From: Candidatus Latescibacterota bacterium
Lineage (GTDB): Bacteria; Latescibacterota; UBA2968; UBA8231
Direction of reading: 5' to 3'
DNA length: 64,000 bases
Assembly: GCA_965208105.1 (NCBI GenBank)
Contig: OZ242318.1
Span: forward strand, 1,760,001 to 1,824,000
Shown here: piece by piece, positions 45,493-56,231 of the stretch
Numbering within the stretch: position 1 is the stretch's first letter
Layout: the number at the start of each line of letters is the position of its first letter
Position numbers and translations under genes: made by a program
Notes under the pieces: generated by a model
Databases searched by the model: none
What the model was told of the DNA's origin: nothing
Seen by the model: only the letters and a program-made list of their open reading frames with translations

Positions 45493-48400
45493 ATGCAGGA
45501 CAGCAATAATTCCTATCACTCGGTAATTTTTCATCTGCGCAGGCTGCGGCGGCGCGCCCTGCTTTTGGATGTGGGCGCATCCCTCCTCCTCGGCCTTGCC
45601 CTCGAAGCGACCCTCCTCCTGGCATGGGTTTCCCTTGAAGCCCTGTTCTACCTTGCACCGCCCTGGCGCTCCGCATTTGGGCTCGCCGCCGGCCTGGGTT
45701 TCTTTGCAGCCGTTTCGCTTTACCTGGCCCGGAAGCTGCCCGGCCACCTGTCCTTCAAAAGACTCGGCTTGCATCTTGAGTCCTGCAGCCCCGAACTGCA
45801 ACAGCGCCTGATAAGCACCCTGGAACTCTGGCAAAACCGGCGGGCGCACCAGCTCTACTCCGAGGATCTGCTCCGGTCCACGGTCGACGATGCCTGCGCT
45901 ACTCTCGCCTCCCTGGACCCCAGGCGGATTTTCACCGCCCGGGATCTCGTGGTCCATGGCCGCTGGCTGGGACTGGTGGTTTTGTTCGCCCTCGGGTGGG
46001 GGGTCCTCTTCACCGAATCGTTCACTCAGGCACTGCACCGCTGTTCCAACCCTCTCACGGTTTTCGCCCGGCCTCCTGCCACCCTTGTTGACGTAGTACC
46101 CGGGGACATGGAAATTGTAAAAGGAGAAGACGCGGTCCTGACCATTCATTTCAGCGGCAAAAATCCGCGCACGGCCACAGTGTCGAGGCGGGAAGGGGAA
46201 GCTGCTCCCTGGCAGGAGGAAGAGATCATCGTCGATGGCGTCGACTCCCTTGCCTACACTTTCAAGGAGGTCAAGCGCACCCTTTCCTACCAGGTTCGCG
46301 CCGGAGACGGCTACACTCGGCCCCACTGGATAAGGGTCATTGATCCACCAGCCATCAGGCGCCTGCGACTCAAATACCGGTACCCGGCCTACAGCGGACT
46401 GTCCCCCCGCATAGATGAGGAGAACGGCGATATCGCCGCCCTTCCCGGCACTACGGTCGATATTGAGATCGCGGCCAGCAAGCCTCTCTCCAGGGCCGCC
46501 CTGGTCCTCGACGACTCACTCTCCATGCCGGCGCGAATCGAAGACCAGAGGGCCTACGCCCACCTCGTCCTGGACCGCAACGGCCACTACCACCTCGAAT
46601 TGACCGACCTCGATGGCGCAGTCAATCCCCATCCCATCCGCTATTCCATCCGGGCGATCGACGACCTGCCTCCCAGGGTATCCATCACCGAACCGGGACG
46701 CGACATGGACCTGACCGAATCCATGCAGGTGGTCATGGCTCTCGAGGCCACAGACGATTACGGCATCTCCAGGCTCGCCCTCGTCTATCGCGTCAACGAA
46801 GGCCCGGAGGAGCAGCGGCATCTGGCTGTGCCGTCCTCCGCGAAGATTCATTCAATTCACCGCTGGGACCTTGGGTCGATCGACCTTCTTCCCGACGACC
46901 TCATCCACTACCGCGTGGAAGCCTTTGACAACGACCAGGTCTCGGGGCCGAAGATGGGTTCCAGCCGGGAGTACGTCCTGCGCTATCCCTCCCTCCACCA
47001 ACTTGTTTCCGAAGCAGGCAGCGACCAGGATGAACAACTGGGAGGTCTGGAAGAACTGGCCGCCGACAGCCCGGAGTCGAGAGCCTATCTGGAAGAGGTT
47101 CGACGCCGGCTCCTCAACGAGGAAAAGTTGAGTTGGGGGCAGAAGAAAGAGTTGGAAGCCATCCTGGATCACGAGGAGCAACGCGCCCGGTCCGTCGCCG
47201 AGCTTGCACGGGAAATGGAAGAGACGATGGGACGACTCGAGGACGACGGTCTGGCATCCGAAAAACTGCTCGACAAGCTGGAGGAGGTGCGGCAGCTTCT
47301 GGCGGAGGTGACCACTCCCGAACTCCAGGAGGCGCTGATGGCCGTACAGCAGGCCATGGACAGGTTCGCGCCACCCGAACTTGCCGAAGCCCTGAAGGAG
47401 TTCAGGAAAGACCAGGAAGCCTTCGAGGAACGGCTTGACCGCGCGATCGACCTGCTCAAGCAGGTGCGGGCGGAACAGCGCCTCGAGGCCGCAGTGCAGC
47501 TGGCGGTCCACCTGGAAAGGCGCCAGGCCCAGATCAACACCAGGTTCGACCTCGGCGCCGACAGGGAAAACCTGCAAAGACAGGAGAACAGCTTGCGGGG
47601 GGACACCGAGCTCCTGCAGGGAGAGTTGCAGGAACTGGGCAGGGACATGGAGAAGTTCGGTCCAGGCACCTCCCGCAAACTGCAGAGGCAGGCGGAGGCC
47701 ATGGAGGAGCAGGACTTGAGCGGCCGCATGGAGGAGATGGCCGAGCGCATGCAGGACCTTCAGGAACAGGATGCCCGCCGCCTGGGCAGCGGGCTCGAGG
47801 AGGATCTCGGCGTCCTCAGCGCCAACCTGCAACAGTTGCGGGACGAGTACGGCGCCATGCAGAAAGACCGGCTTACCCGGCAGATCCGTCAGGCCATCCA
47901 CGAACTTCTGCGCCTGTCTCATGACCAGGAGAATCTGCGCGCCAGGACCGGTGCGCCCCTGGAACAAGCCTCCACTGCACTTGCCCATGATCAATTTGCC
48001 CTAATGCAGGGAACAGGCCAGGTAGTTGAAGGTCTTGCCAAGGTAGGCAGGGAGACAATGAGCCTGAGCCGGGGGCTGAACGTGACTTTGGGCTACGTGC
48101 TGCGCACGATGCGGCAAGCTGCCGACCAACTTGGCCAGCGCGACTGGTCGGCGGCTTCCACGGCTCAGCGGGAGTCCATGGGTTACTTGAACGAGTCGAT
48201 CCTCCTCCTCAGGGAAAGCCTGGAAAACCTGGCTCGATCCCGGATGCCCTCAACCTTCGGCGAGGCCATGCAGAAGATGTTGGACCTGGCCGAGAAGCAG
48301 GGCAATGTCAACCAGTCAACCCTCAAGGTCCTCGGGGCACAGGGGCGGCAAACGAGCATGGGTGGGCATCCGGAAGAGAGCCTTTCCGAGGAGATTGCCC

Positions 48401-48840
48401 GCCTGGCTGCCGAGCAGCGACGGATCTACCAGGCTCTCGCGCAATTGGAGCGCGATATGCGCGGCCACCGCGGAGCCCAGAAGAGAATACAGGCCATCGA
48501 GGAGGAAATGGATTCCGTGCTCCGGGACCTGGAGCGAAGCCCGGACCGGCGCACCCTGGACAAGCAGAACCGCATACTTCAGCGCATGCTCGATGCCAGC
48601 CGTTCCATCCATACCCGGGGATTTGACGACAAGCGCCGCGCCACCAGGGCGGGAGAGCATGCCTACACCGGACCCAACTGGCTGCCCGTCGATCTGGGAC
48701 AGTCATTCGACTTCCTGCGCCAGGCCATGAAGCACGCCCTCGATGGTCCCTACCCGGAGGAGTACCAAGCCCGCATCCAGGACTACTACGAACGTGTATA
48801 CCAGGATGCGATCGGGCGGGAAAGCGGGACCGTCCCTTGA
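45493..48840 (+). CDS. DUF4175-family membrane protein with Ig-like domains and long coiled coil
   Basis: N-terminal TM segments, YPAYSGL, PGTTV, DLPPRV.I..PG.D, A.DDYGI, Y.VEAFDND.VSGPK, then Q/E-rich coiled coil, RMLDASRS. Confidence 0.75.
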   Translation: MQDSNNSYHSVIFHLRRLRRRALLLDVGASLLLGLALEATLLLAWVSLEALFYLAPPWRSAFGLAAGLGFFAAVSLYLARKLPGHLSFKRLGLHLESCSPELQQRLISTLELWQNRRAHQLYSEDLLRSTVDDACATLASLDPRRIFTARDLVVHGRWLGLVVLFALGWGVLFTESFTQALHRCSNPLTVFARPPATLVDVVPGDMEIVKGEDAVLTIHFSGKNPRTATVSRREGEAAPWQEEEIIVDGVDSLAYTFKEVKRTLSYQVRAGDGYTRPHWIRVIDPPAIRRLRLKYRYPAYSGLSPRIDEENGDIAALPGTTVDIEIAASKPLSRAALVLDDSLSMPARIEDQRAYAHLVLDRNGHYHLELTDLDGAVNPHPIRYSIRAIDDLPPRVSITEPGRDMDLTESMQVVMALEATDDYGISRLALVYRVNEGPEEQRHLAVPSSAKIHSIHRWDLGSIDLLPDDLIHYRVEAFDNDQVSGPKMGSSREYVLRYPSLHQLVSEAGSDQDEQLGGLEELAADSPESRAYLEEVRRRLLNEEKLSWGQKKELEAILDHEEQRARSVAELAREMEETMGRLEDDGLASEKLLDKLEEVRQLLAEVTTPELQEALMAVQQAMDRFAPPELAEALKEFRKDQEAFEERLDRAIDLLKQVRAEQRLEAAVQLAVHLERRQAQINTRFDLGADRENLQRQENSLRGDTELLQGELQELGRDMEKFGPGTSRKLQRQAEAMEEQDLSGRMEEMAERMQDLQEQDARRLGSGLEEDLGVLSANLQQLRDEYGAMQKDRLTRQIRQAIHELLRLSHDQENLRARTGAPLEQASTALAHDQFALMQGTGQVVEGLAKVGRETMSLSRGLNVTLGYVLRTMRQAADQLGQRDWSAASTAQRESMGYLNESILLLRESLENLARSRMPSTFGEAMQKMLDLAEKQGNVNQSTLKVLGAQGRQTSMGGHPEESLSEEIARLAAEQRRIYQALAQLERDMRGHRGAQKRIQAIEEEMDSVLRDLERSPDRRTLDKQNRILQRMLDASRSIHTRGFDDKRRATRAGEHAYTGPNWLPVDLGQSFDFLRQAMKHALDGPYPEEYQARIQDYYERVYQDAIGRESGTVP

Positions 48841-50312
48841 AAACCTTCTTCGCCGCCATCGCTCCGGCCATCCTCATCGGATCCTCCATCGCCGCCGCCG
48901 GGAACGAGGAATCCACCCTGCGCCGCCAGGTGGAACGCCTGCAGCGGGAGGGAGAATACCAGGCAGCGATCGCCACCATCCAGAAAGGCCGGCGGGACCT
49001 GGGCATGGACCGGTTACTGGACTGGAAGCTGGCCGAACTGCATTTGCTCGACGAAGACTACCCGAAAGCGGTCGAGGCCTATCTTCTCAACCTGCGCCAC
49101 GAACCCCGGCGGTATGCCCAGGTGGAGGGAATTCTTCAGTCCCTGGCGCGGAAAGGCCGGGCCGACCAGGTCATTCAGCTCCTCAAGTCAGCCGCGGAGA
49201 AGTCCGAGGACCCTCTTCCCGCCGCCTTGCTCGCCTCATCCTGTGCACTGGAGGCGGGAAATCCACAAACGGGCTTTGAAGTCCTTGGGCGAATCGCCTC
49301 GCGCCCCGAAGCGCCTGATCTGCTTTTTCAGTTCGCCTCGCGTTGCGAGGTCAAAGGCCACGATCTCATCGCCTCCCGCGCCTATTCCATTTTCGCTGAC
49401 CACAGTCCCCATTCGCCATACATCCACCAGGCTCTGTTGCGCCGCGCCCGTATCGAGGCTCGGCTCGGGAACATCGACCAGGCCATCGCGGCCTGCCGGA
49501 GGCTTGCGGGGGACTTCCCAGAACGCCCCGAAGCCATGGAAGCCCTGCTGGAGTTGGGGGGACTGCAACTGGAGGTCGTGAAGGACATGGATGCTGCGGA
49601 GACCACGCTCCGAACCCTGCTCGAATCGGCGCCTCAGCGGCACTTGCGCGCCGAGGCCCTCTCCCTTCTGAGCGAGTGTGCGCTGCGCCGGGACGATTTC
49701 GAAGGAGCCGCCGCCCGCCTTGAACAACTGCGCCGCACGGATCCCGCCTTTGCCTACGAGGCCGGCTACAAACTGGCCGAGCTATCCTATTTCAAGCACG
49801 ACTTCGATGCCGCCGTCGAAATTCTCGATCCCCTCCTGCAGGAGGACCACAGAGAGGACCTGGCCAACGACGCCCTGCAGTTGCTGCTGCGCATCGAACA
49901 GCACAAGGGTCAGGAGGAAGCACTTGGAATGCTTGCCCGGGCACAGTTGCACGAGCGCCAGAAACGGCCCGCCGAGGCCGCCGAGGCGTGGGCCTGGCTG
50001 GAAACCAGCGCCCCCAAGGTCCTGCGGCAACTGAGTATGCTGGTCCATGCCCGGATTCGCGCTGCCCGGCAGCAACCCGAGGTCGCGCTGGACCTCTACG
50101 CCCGCATGATCAGTACCTATCCGCAGAGCCCTTACATCCTGGACGCCCAGATTGATCGAGCCCGAATCTACCTGGAGCAAAACCAGGTCGGCCATGCCCT
50201 CGAGATTTTCGAGACGGCGCTGATGAGCTTTCCGGAGAATGCCCGCATCCCCGAAATCCGCCTCCAGGTCCAGCGCCTCCGGCGTTTGCAGGAAGAGAGA
50301 AAAACGGGATGA
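48837..50312 (+). CDS. Periplasmic TPR protein
   Basis: Signal-like N-terminus; TPR units FPERPEAMEALLELG, ANDALQL, YPQSPYILDA, FPEN.RI.EIR. Confidence 0.8.
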   Translation: MKTFFAAIAPAILIGSSIAAAGNEESTLRRQVERLQREGEYQAAIATIQKGRRDLGMDRLLDWKLAELHLLDEDYPKAVEAYLLNLRHEPRRYAQVEGILQSLARKGRADQVIQLLKSAAEKSEDPLPAALLASSCALEAGNPQTGFEVLGRIASRPEAPDLLFQFASRCEVKGHDLIASRAYSIFADHSPHSPYIHQALLRRARIEARLGNIDQAIAACRRLAGDFPERPEAMEALLELGGLQLEVVKDMDAAETTLRTLLESAPQRHLRAEALSLLSECALRRDDFEGAAARLEQLRRTDPAFAYEAGYKLAELSYFKHDFDAAVEILDPLLQEDHREDLANDALQLLLRIEQHKGQEEALGMLARAQLHERQKRPAEAAEAWAWLETSAPKVLRQLSMLVHARIRAARQQPEVALDLYARMISTYPQSPYILDAQIDRARIYLEQNQVGHALEIFETALMSFPENARIPEIRLQVQRLRRLQEERKTG

Positions 50313-51571
50313 TGAAACTGCTCGGATTCTTCATGGTCTTGCTGTGCTGCTGCCAACCGCTCTATGCCGAGCGCCTGATGGTTCCCATGGACCTGACCCA
50401 GAAGGACCACCTCAAAGCCTACGGCCTGGCATTCTGGTCTCTGGAACGCGGGGTCAGCGTCGAGTGGCTGCTCAACTACCGGGGCGGCTCCTTCCTGCTT
50501 GACTATCGCGGCCCGATCGCTGCCGAGGCGCACATTCGCGGAGTCTCCTTCGTCCCGGTCTCCGCCTCTCAGGCCGCCGCCATCTACGCCGAGATCGATG
50601 CCTCCAACATGGAAGTAGTGCTCCTGGAAAAGGCCCCCAGGATCGCCATCTACACACCCCCGAACTCCCAACCCTGGGATGACGCGGTTACCATGGCCCT
50701 GGAATACGCCCAGATCAAATACCACAAAGTCTGGGACCCGGAGGTGCTCAATGGCGCCCTCGACGAATACGACTGGCTGCATCTGCACCACGAGGACTTC
50801 ACCGGCCAATACGGCAAGTTCTATCAGGGGGAAGGCCACAAGCCATGGTACCGGGAACAACAGCGCCTCTACGAAGCCCAGGCCCGCCACCTCGGATTCG
50901 ACAAGGTTTCCGAAGAGAAAAAGGCCGTTGCCCGGGCCATCTTCGACTACGTCGGAAAAGGTGGATTCCTCTTTGCCATGTGCTCGGCGACCGATACCAT
51001 CGATATCGCCCTGGCCGCAGCGGGGGTCGACATCGTCCACCAGATCTACGACGGAGACCCCGCCGATCCGCTCGCCCGGCACAAGATCGACTTCAGCCGG
51101 ACCTTCGCCTTCGAAAACTTCACTCTTGTAGAGGATCCCCTTTTCTACGAGTACTCGGACATCGACACCACCCCCACTCCACTGCTCCGGGCGCGTGGAG
51201 CCGAGGCAGAGTACTTCACCCTTTTTGAATTCTCGGCCAAACACGACCCGGTCCCCACCATGCTGACCCAGTGCCACACGAATATCGTCAACGGCTTCAT
51301 AGGCCAGACCACGGATTTCAAGCGCCAGCTCATCAAGGAGTCCGTGGTCATTCTGGGGGAAGTCGAGAAATCCGACGCGGTCAAGTACATCCACGGCCAG
51401 AGCGGCAGGGGAACATTCACTTTCTACGGCGGGCACGACCCGGAGGACTACAAGCATCACCTGGGCGATCCGCCCACCCAACTGGAGCTTCACCCCAACT
51501 CCCCCGGATACCGCCTGATCCTCAACAACGTGCTCTTTCCCGCGGCGAAGAAGAAGAAGCGGAGAACTTGA
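50309..51571 (+). CDS. Secreted class I GATase-like protein (family often labelled 'asparagine synthetase B' in Bacteroidota)
   Basis: VPMDLTQKDHLKAYG, WLLNYRGGSF, QPWDDAVT, WLHLHHEDFTGQYGKFY, FAMCSATD, YGGHDPEDY, GYRLILNNVLFPAAKKKK. Confidence 0.7.
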   Translation: MMKLLGFFMVLLCCCQPLYAERLMVPMDLTQKDHLKAYGLAFWSLERGVSVEWLLNYRGGSFLLDYRGPIAAEAHIRGVSFVPVSASQAAAIYAEIDASNMEVVLLEKAPRIAIYTPPNSQPWDDAVTMALEYAQIKYHKVWDPEVLNGALDEYDWLHLHHEDFTGQYGKFYQGEGHKPWYREQQRLYEAQARHLGFDKVSEEKKAVARAIFDYVGKGGFLFAMCSATDTIDIALAAAGVDIVHQIYDGDPADPLARHKIDFSRTFAFENFTLVEDPLFYEYSDIDTTPTPLLRARGAEAEYFTLFEFSAKHDPVPTMLTQCHTNIVNGFIGQTTDFKRQLIKESVVILGEVEKSDAVKYIHGQSGRGTFTFYGGHDPEDYKHHLGDPPTQLELHPNSPGYRLILNNVLFPAAKKKKRRT

Positions 51572-51691
51572 TGACTGCGGGCCTGTCGATATCTTGGGTC
51601 GGCGGGACACAGCTATCGCAGCCTCCGCCGCAACAACCGGCAAACCATTGAACTCAGGCGCTGAGCCAGGAGAAATCGAAAGGATGTACGA

Positions 51692-52699
<1,008 letters not shown>

Positions 52700-52730
52700 C
52701 CGAGAATCTACTTCCCGGCAAGGTTCCGAG

Positions 52731-53639
52731 GTGAACGCCTCCCGCGCCAACATCTCCTATCTCGATCCCGCCACCATCTCGCGATTGAGCCGCCTCGATC
52801 TGGTAGCCCGGCTCGTCGTGGAAGGTTATATCACCGGCCTCCACCGCAGCCCTTACCACGGATTCTCGGTGGAGTTTTCCGAGCATCGCCCCTACATGCC
52901 CGGCGACCCCCTGCGCCATCTCGACTGGAAGACCCTGGCCAGGTCCGATCGTCTATACATCAAGCAGTACGAGGAAGAGACGAACCTCAAAACCTACCTC
53001 CTCCTCGATACCAGCGGCTCCATGGCCTTCCAAGGGGGCGGTCCAATGGCCAAATTCCGCTACGCCTCCTCCCTGGCGGCGGCTCTGGCCTATCTCATGC
53101 TGCGCCAGCGCGACGCCGTCGGCTTGACGCTCTTCTCCAGCCGCGTTCAATCCTTCGTCCCGGCACGGTCGCTGCAGAGCCACCTGCAGGTGCTCCTGAA
53201 GGAGATCGACCGGGGCATGCCCGGCTCCAACACCCGCATGGCGCCATGCTTCCACGACCTGGCCGAACGCATCTCCCGCCGGGGGCTCGTGGTGGTTCTC
53301 TCGGATCTGCTGGACGATCCGGAAGAGGTGCTTGGAGGCCTCAGGCACTTCCGCCACCGCGGCCACGAGGTCATCGTCTTCCACATCCTCGACCCCCGGG
53401 AACGCGATCTGGAATTCAACCGGGAAACCCGGTTTTTCGACCTGGAAGACCCCGATGCGGTCCTTACAACCCAACCCTGGCACATTCAACAGGAATACCG
53501 CGGCCTCATGGACGACCTCGTCCGCACCTACAGGCATGGCTGCGCCGAGTCCCGGATCGACTACAACTTGCTCGACACAGCCACCTCCTTCGAAGTTGCC
53601 TTGACGCGCTACCTGGCGCGCCGCAGGAAATCAGGCTGA
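52731..53639 (+). CDS. DUF58 domain protein
   Basis: G.HRSPYHGFSVEF.EHR.Y.PGD..R.LDWK, YIKQYEEET, LDTSGSM, VVLSD. Confidence 0.92.
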   Translation: MNASRANISYLDPATISRLSRLDLVARLVVEGYITGLHRSPYHGFSVEFSEHRPYMPGDPLRHLDWKTLARSDRLYIKQYEEETNLKTYLLLDTSGSMAFQGGGPMAKFRYASSLAAALAYLMLRQRDAVGLTLFSSRVQSFVPARSLQSHLQVLLKEIDRGMPGSNTRMAPCFHDLAERISRRGLVVVLSDLLDDPEEVLGGLRHFRHRGHEVIVFHILDPRERDLEFNRETRFFDLEDPDAVLTTQPWHIQQEYRGLMDDLVRTYRHGCAESRIDYNLLDTATSFEVALTRYLARRRKSG

Positions 53640-53690
53640 CGCCCATGCAGGAAACCCCCGTTGCGCAGCCAGTCCCTGTCCCCTGCGCTG

Positions 53691-53748
53691 AATCTTGACT
53701 TTTTCGTCCAGATTACATACCTTAATCTTGACTTTTTCGTCCAGATTA
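53691..53748 (+). promoter_or_regulatory. suf promoter with two identical palindromic operator boxes (probable Rrf2/IscR-like sites)
   Basis: Exact 25-bp direct repeat AATCTTGACTTTTTCGTCCAGATTA at 53691-53715 and 53724-53748, each an inverted repeat with one mismatch. -35 TTGACT (53695-53700), 17 bp, -10 TACCTT (53718-53723). Confidence 0.72.
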
Positions 53749-53784
53749 ACCTTTTCTTCAACTTTTCTTTCCTCGGGAGCTCAC

Positions 53785-55248
53785 ATGAGCGCGACCGCAG
53801 GCATCGAAGAACTCGCCTCGCGCGAATACAAGTACGGTTTCGTCACCGATATCGAGGCAGACTCCGCCCCGCCCGGTTTGAACGAAGAAACCATCCGCTT
53901 TATTTCAGCGAAAAAAAACGAGCCCGAATTCATGCTGGAGTGGCGTCTCAAGGCTTACCGCCAATGGCTGAAGATGGTGGATCCCACCCGCAGGAAATCC
54001 AGTGAGCGATGGGCGAAAGTCGACTACCCGGACATCGATTATCAAAGTATCGTCTACTACTCTGCCCCTGTTCAAAAGAAGGGGCCCGAGAGCCTGGACG
54101 AGGTCGACCCGGAACTCCTTTCCACATACGAAAAACTGGGCATCCCCCTCGAAGAGCAGAAGATGCTGGCAGGCGTCGCCGTGGATGCCGTATTCGACAG
54201 CGTATCCGTGGCAACCACCTTCAAGGATAAGTTGTCCGAACTGGGCATCGTCTTCTGCTCGTTCTCCGAGGCGGTACAGGACCATCCCGACCTGGTGCGG
54301 AAGTACCTGGGCTCGGTCGTCCCCTACAACGACAACTTCTTCGCCGCTCTGAACTCGGCCGTATTCAGCGACGGCTCTTTCGTGTACGTCCCCAGGGGCG
54401 TGCGCTGCCCCATGGAGCTTTCCACCTACTTCCGCATCAATGCCGCCAACACCGGCCAGTTCGAGCGCACTCTGATCATCGCCGAAGAGGGTGCCTATGT
54501 ATCCTACCTGGAAGGTTGCACCGCTCCCATGCGCGACGAGAACCAGCTTCACGCGGCGGTTGTGGAACTGGTCGCCCTGGAAAACGCCCAGATAAAGTAC
54601 TCGACCGTCCAGAACTGGTACCCGGGCGACGAGAACGGAGTCGGAGGGATCTATAATTTCGTCACCAAGCGCGGCGCCTGCCGCGGCCCCCGCGCCAAAA
54701 TTTCCTGGACCCAGGTCGAGACCGGCTCGGCCATCACCTGGAAATACCCCAGCTGCATCCTCCAGGGGGACCACTCGGTCGGCGAGTTCTACTCGGTAGC
54801 CCTCACCTCCGGCCGGCAGCAGGCCGATACCGGCACCAAGATGATCCACATCGGCAAGAACACGAGCAGCACCATCGTGTCCAAAGGGATTTCCGCCGGC
54901 CGTGGCCAGAACACCTATCGCGGCCAGGTGAACGTCCTCGGGAAAGCGGCCAATGCGCGCAACTTCACCCAGTGCGATTCCATGCTCATCGGCGACCGCT
55001 GCGGGGCCCACACGTTTCCCTACATCGACGTGAAGAACAACAGCGCCCAGGTGGAACACGAAGCTTCCACCTCCAAGATCGGCGAGGATCAGATCTTCTA
55101 CTGCAACCAGCGCGGCATTTCGACCGAGGACGCGGTGGCCATGATCGTCAACGGGTTCTGCAAGGAAGTCCTCGCCGAACTGCCCATGGAGTTTGCCGTT
55201 GAGGCCCAGAAGCTCCTGGGCATCAGCCTCGAGGGCAGCGTCGGTTAG
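53785..55248 (+). CDS. sufB: Fe-S cluster assembly scaffold SufB
   Basis: [66 protein letters not shown]. Confidence 0.97.
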   Translation: MSATAGIEELASREYKYGFVTDIEADSAPPGLNEETIRFISAKKNEPEFMLEWRLKAYRQWLKMVDPTRRKSSERWAKVDYPDIDYQSIVYYSAPVQKKGPESLDEVDPELLSTYEKLGIPLEEQKMLAGVAVDAVFDSVSVATTFKDKLSELGIVFCSFSEAVQDHPDLVRKYLGSVVPYNDNFFAALNSAVFSDGSFVYVPRGVRCPMELSTYFRINAANTGQFERTLIIAEEGAYVSYLEGCTAPMRDENQLHAAVVELVALENAQIKYSTVQNWYPGDENGVGGIYNFVTKRGACRGPRAKISWTQVETGSAITWKYPSCILQGDHSVGEFYSVALTSGRQQADTGTKMIHIGKNTSSTIVSKGISAGRGQNTYRGQVNVLGKAANARNFTQCDSMLIGDRCGAHTFPYIDVKNNSAQVEHEASTSKIGEDQIFYCNQRGISTEDAVAMIVNGFCKEVLAELPMEFAVEAQKLLGISLEGSVG

Positions 55249-55469
55249 GAGATTCCATGGACAACGGCCAAAAGGGGCAATCACCGGAGCCGATTATTCC
55301 CATGCGACTGCATGTGCCAAGCGCAAAGGCCGAAGATGGTGTAATTCGCGCTGGAGAAGGCAGGAGAGGAAGCATGGAAAAAAACAGCCACATCCCGCCC
55401 GCGATTCTCGGCGCCTTGACCCGCAGGGAATCATAGGCAGGCCACCGGGAGAAAGGAATCCCAAGCACC

Positions 55470-56231
55470 ATGTTGCGCATCAAGAACCTGCACGTCCGCG
55501 TCGAAGACACCGATATCCTGCGCGGCATCGACCTCGAGGTCAATCCGGGAGAAATCCACGCCGTCATGGGTCCCAACGGCTCAGGCAAAAGCACCCTCGC
55601 CCAGGTTCTGGCCGGATGCGAGGACTACGAGGTTACCGCCGGCGATGCTCTCTTCGACGGGCGGGACCTGCTGGAAATGGACCCCGAAGAACGGGCCCGC
55701 GAAGGCCTCTTCATGGCCTTCCAGTATCCTGTTGAGATTCCGGGGGTCAACAGTGCCTACTTTCTGCGCACGGGACTCAACGAGATCCGACGGCACCGGG
55801 GCGAGGAAGAGATGGACGCCATGGACTTCCTCGGCCTGATCAAGGAAAAAATGGAACTGGTGGAAATGGACGAAAGCTTTCTCAAGCGTCCGGTCAACGA
55901 GGGATTTTCCGGAGGCGAAAAGAAGCGCCACGAAATCCTCCAGCTGGCCGTGCTCAGCCCCAGGCTGGCCATCCTCGACGAGACCGACTCGGGGCTCGAC
56001 ATCGACGCTCTCAAGGTCGTAGCCAGGGGCGTCAACAGGCTCCATACCGCCGAAAACAGCGTGGTCATCGTGACCCACTACCAGCGCCTGCTGAACTACA
56101 TCGTCCCCGATTACATCCATGTCCTGGTCGACGGACGCATTGTCAGGTCGGGAGGAAAGGACCTGGCCCTCGAGCTCGAAGAGAAAGGCTACGACTGGGT
56201 CAGGCGGGACGCAGAGGTATTGAAAGCATGA
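55470..56231 (+). CDS. sufC: Fe-S cluster assembly ATPase SufC
   Basis: MGPNGSGKSTL, FQYPVEIPGV, NEGFSGGEKKR, LDETDSGLDIDAL, THYQRLL. Confidence 0.97.
   Translation: MLRIKNLHVRVEDTDILRGIDLEVNPGEIHAVMGPNGSGKSTLAQVLAGCEDYEVTAGDALFDGRDLLEMDPEERAREGLFMAFQYPVEIPGVNSAYFLRTGLNEIRRHRGEEEMDAMDFLGLIKEKMELVEMDESFLKRPVNEGFSGGEKKRHEILQLAVLSPRLAILDETDSGLDIDALKVVARGVNRLHTAENSVVIVTHYQRLLNYIVPDYIHVLVDGRIVRSGGKDLALELEEKGYDWVRRDAEVLKA

Noticed and set aside
53691-53748. 25-bp exact direct repeat as a mini-CRISPR
   Set aside because: Only two copies, an 8-bp spacer and no cas genes. It overlaps promoter elements and is better explained as operators.
53785-55248. Intein in SufB
   Set aside because: The length (487 aa) is normal and GCTAP is uninterrupted.
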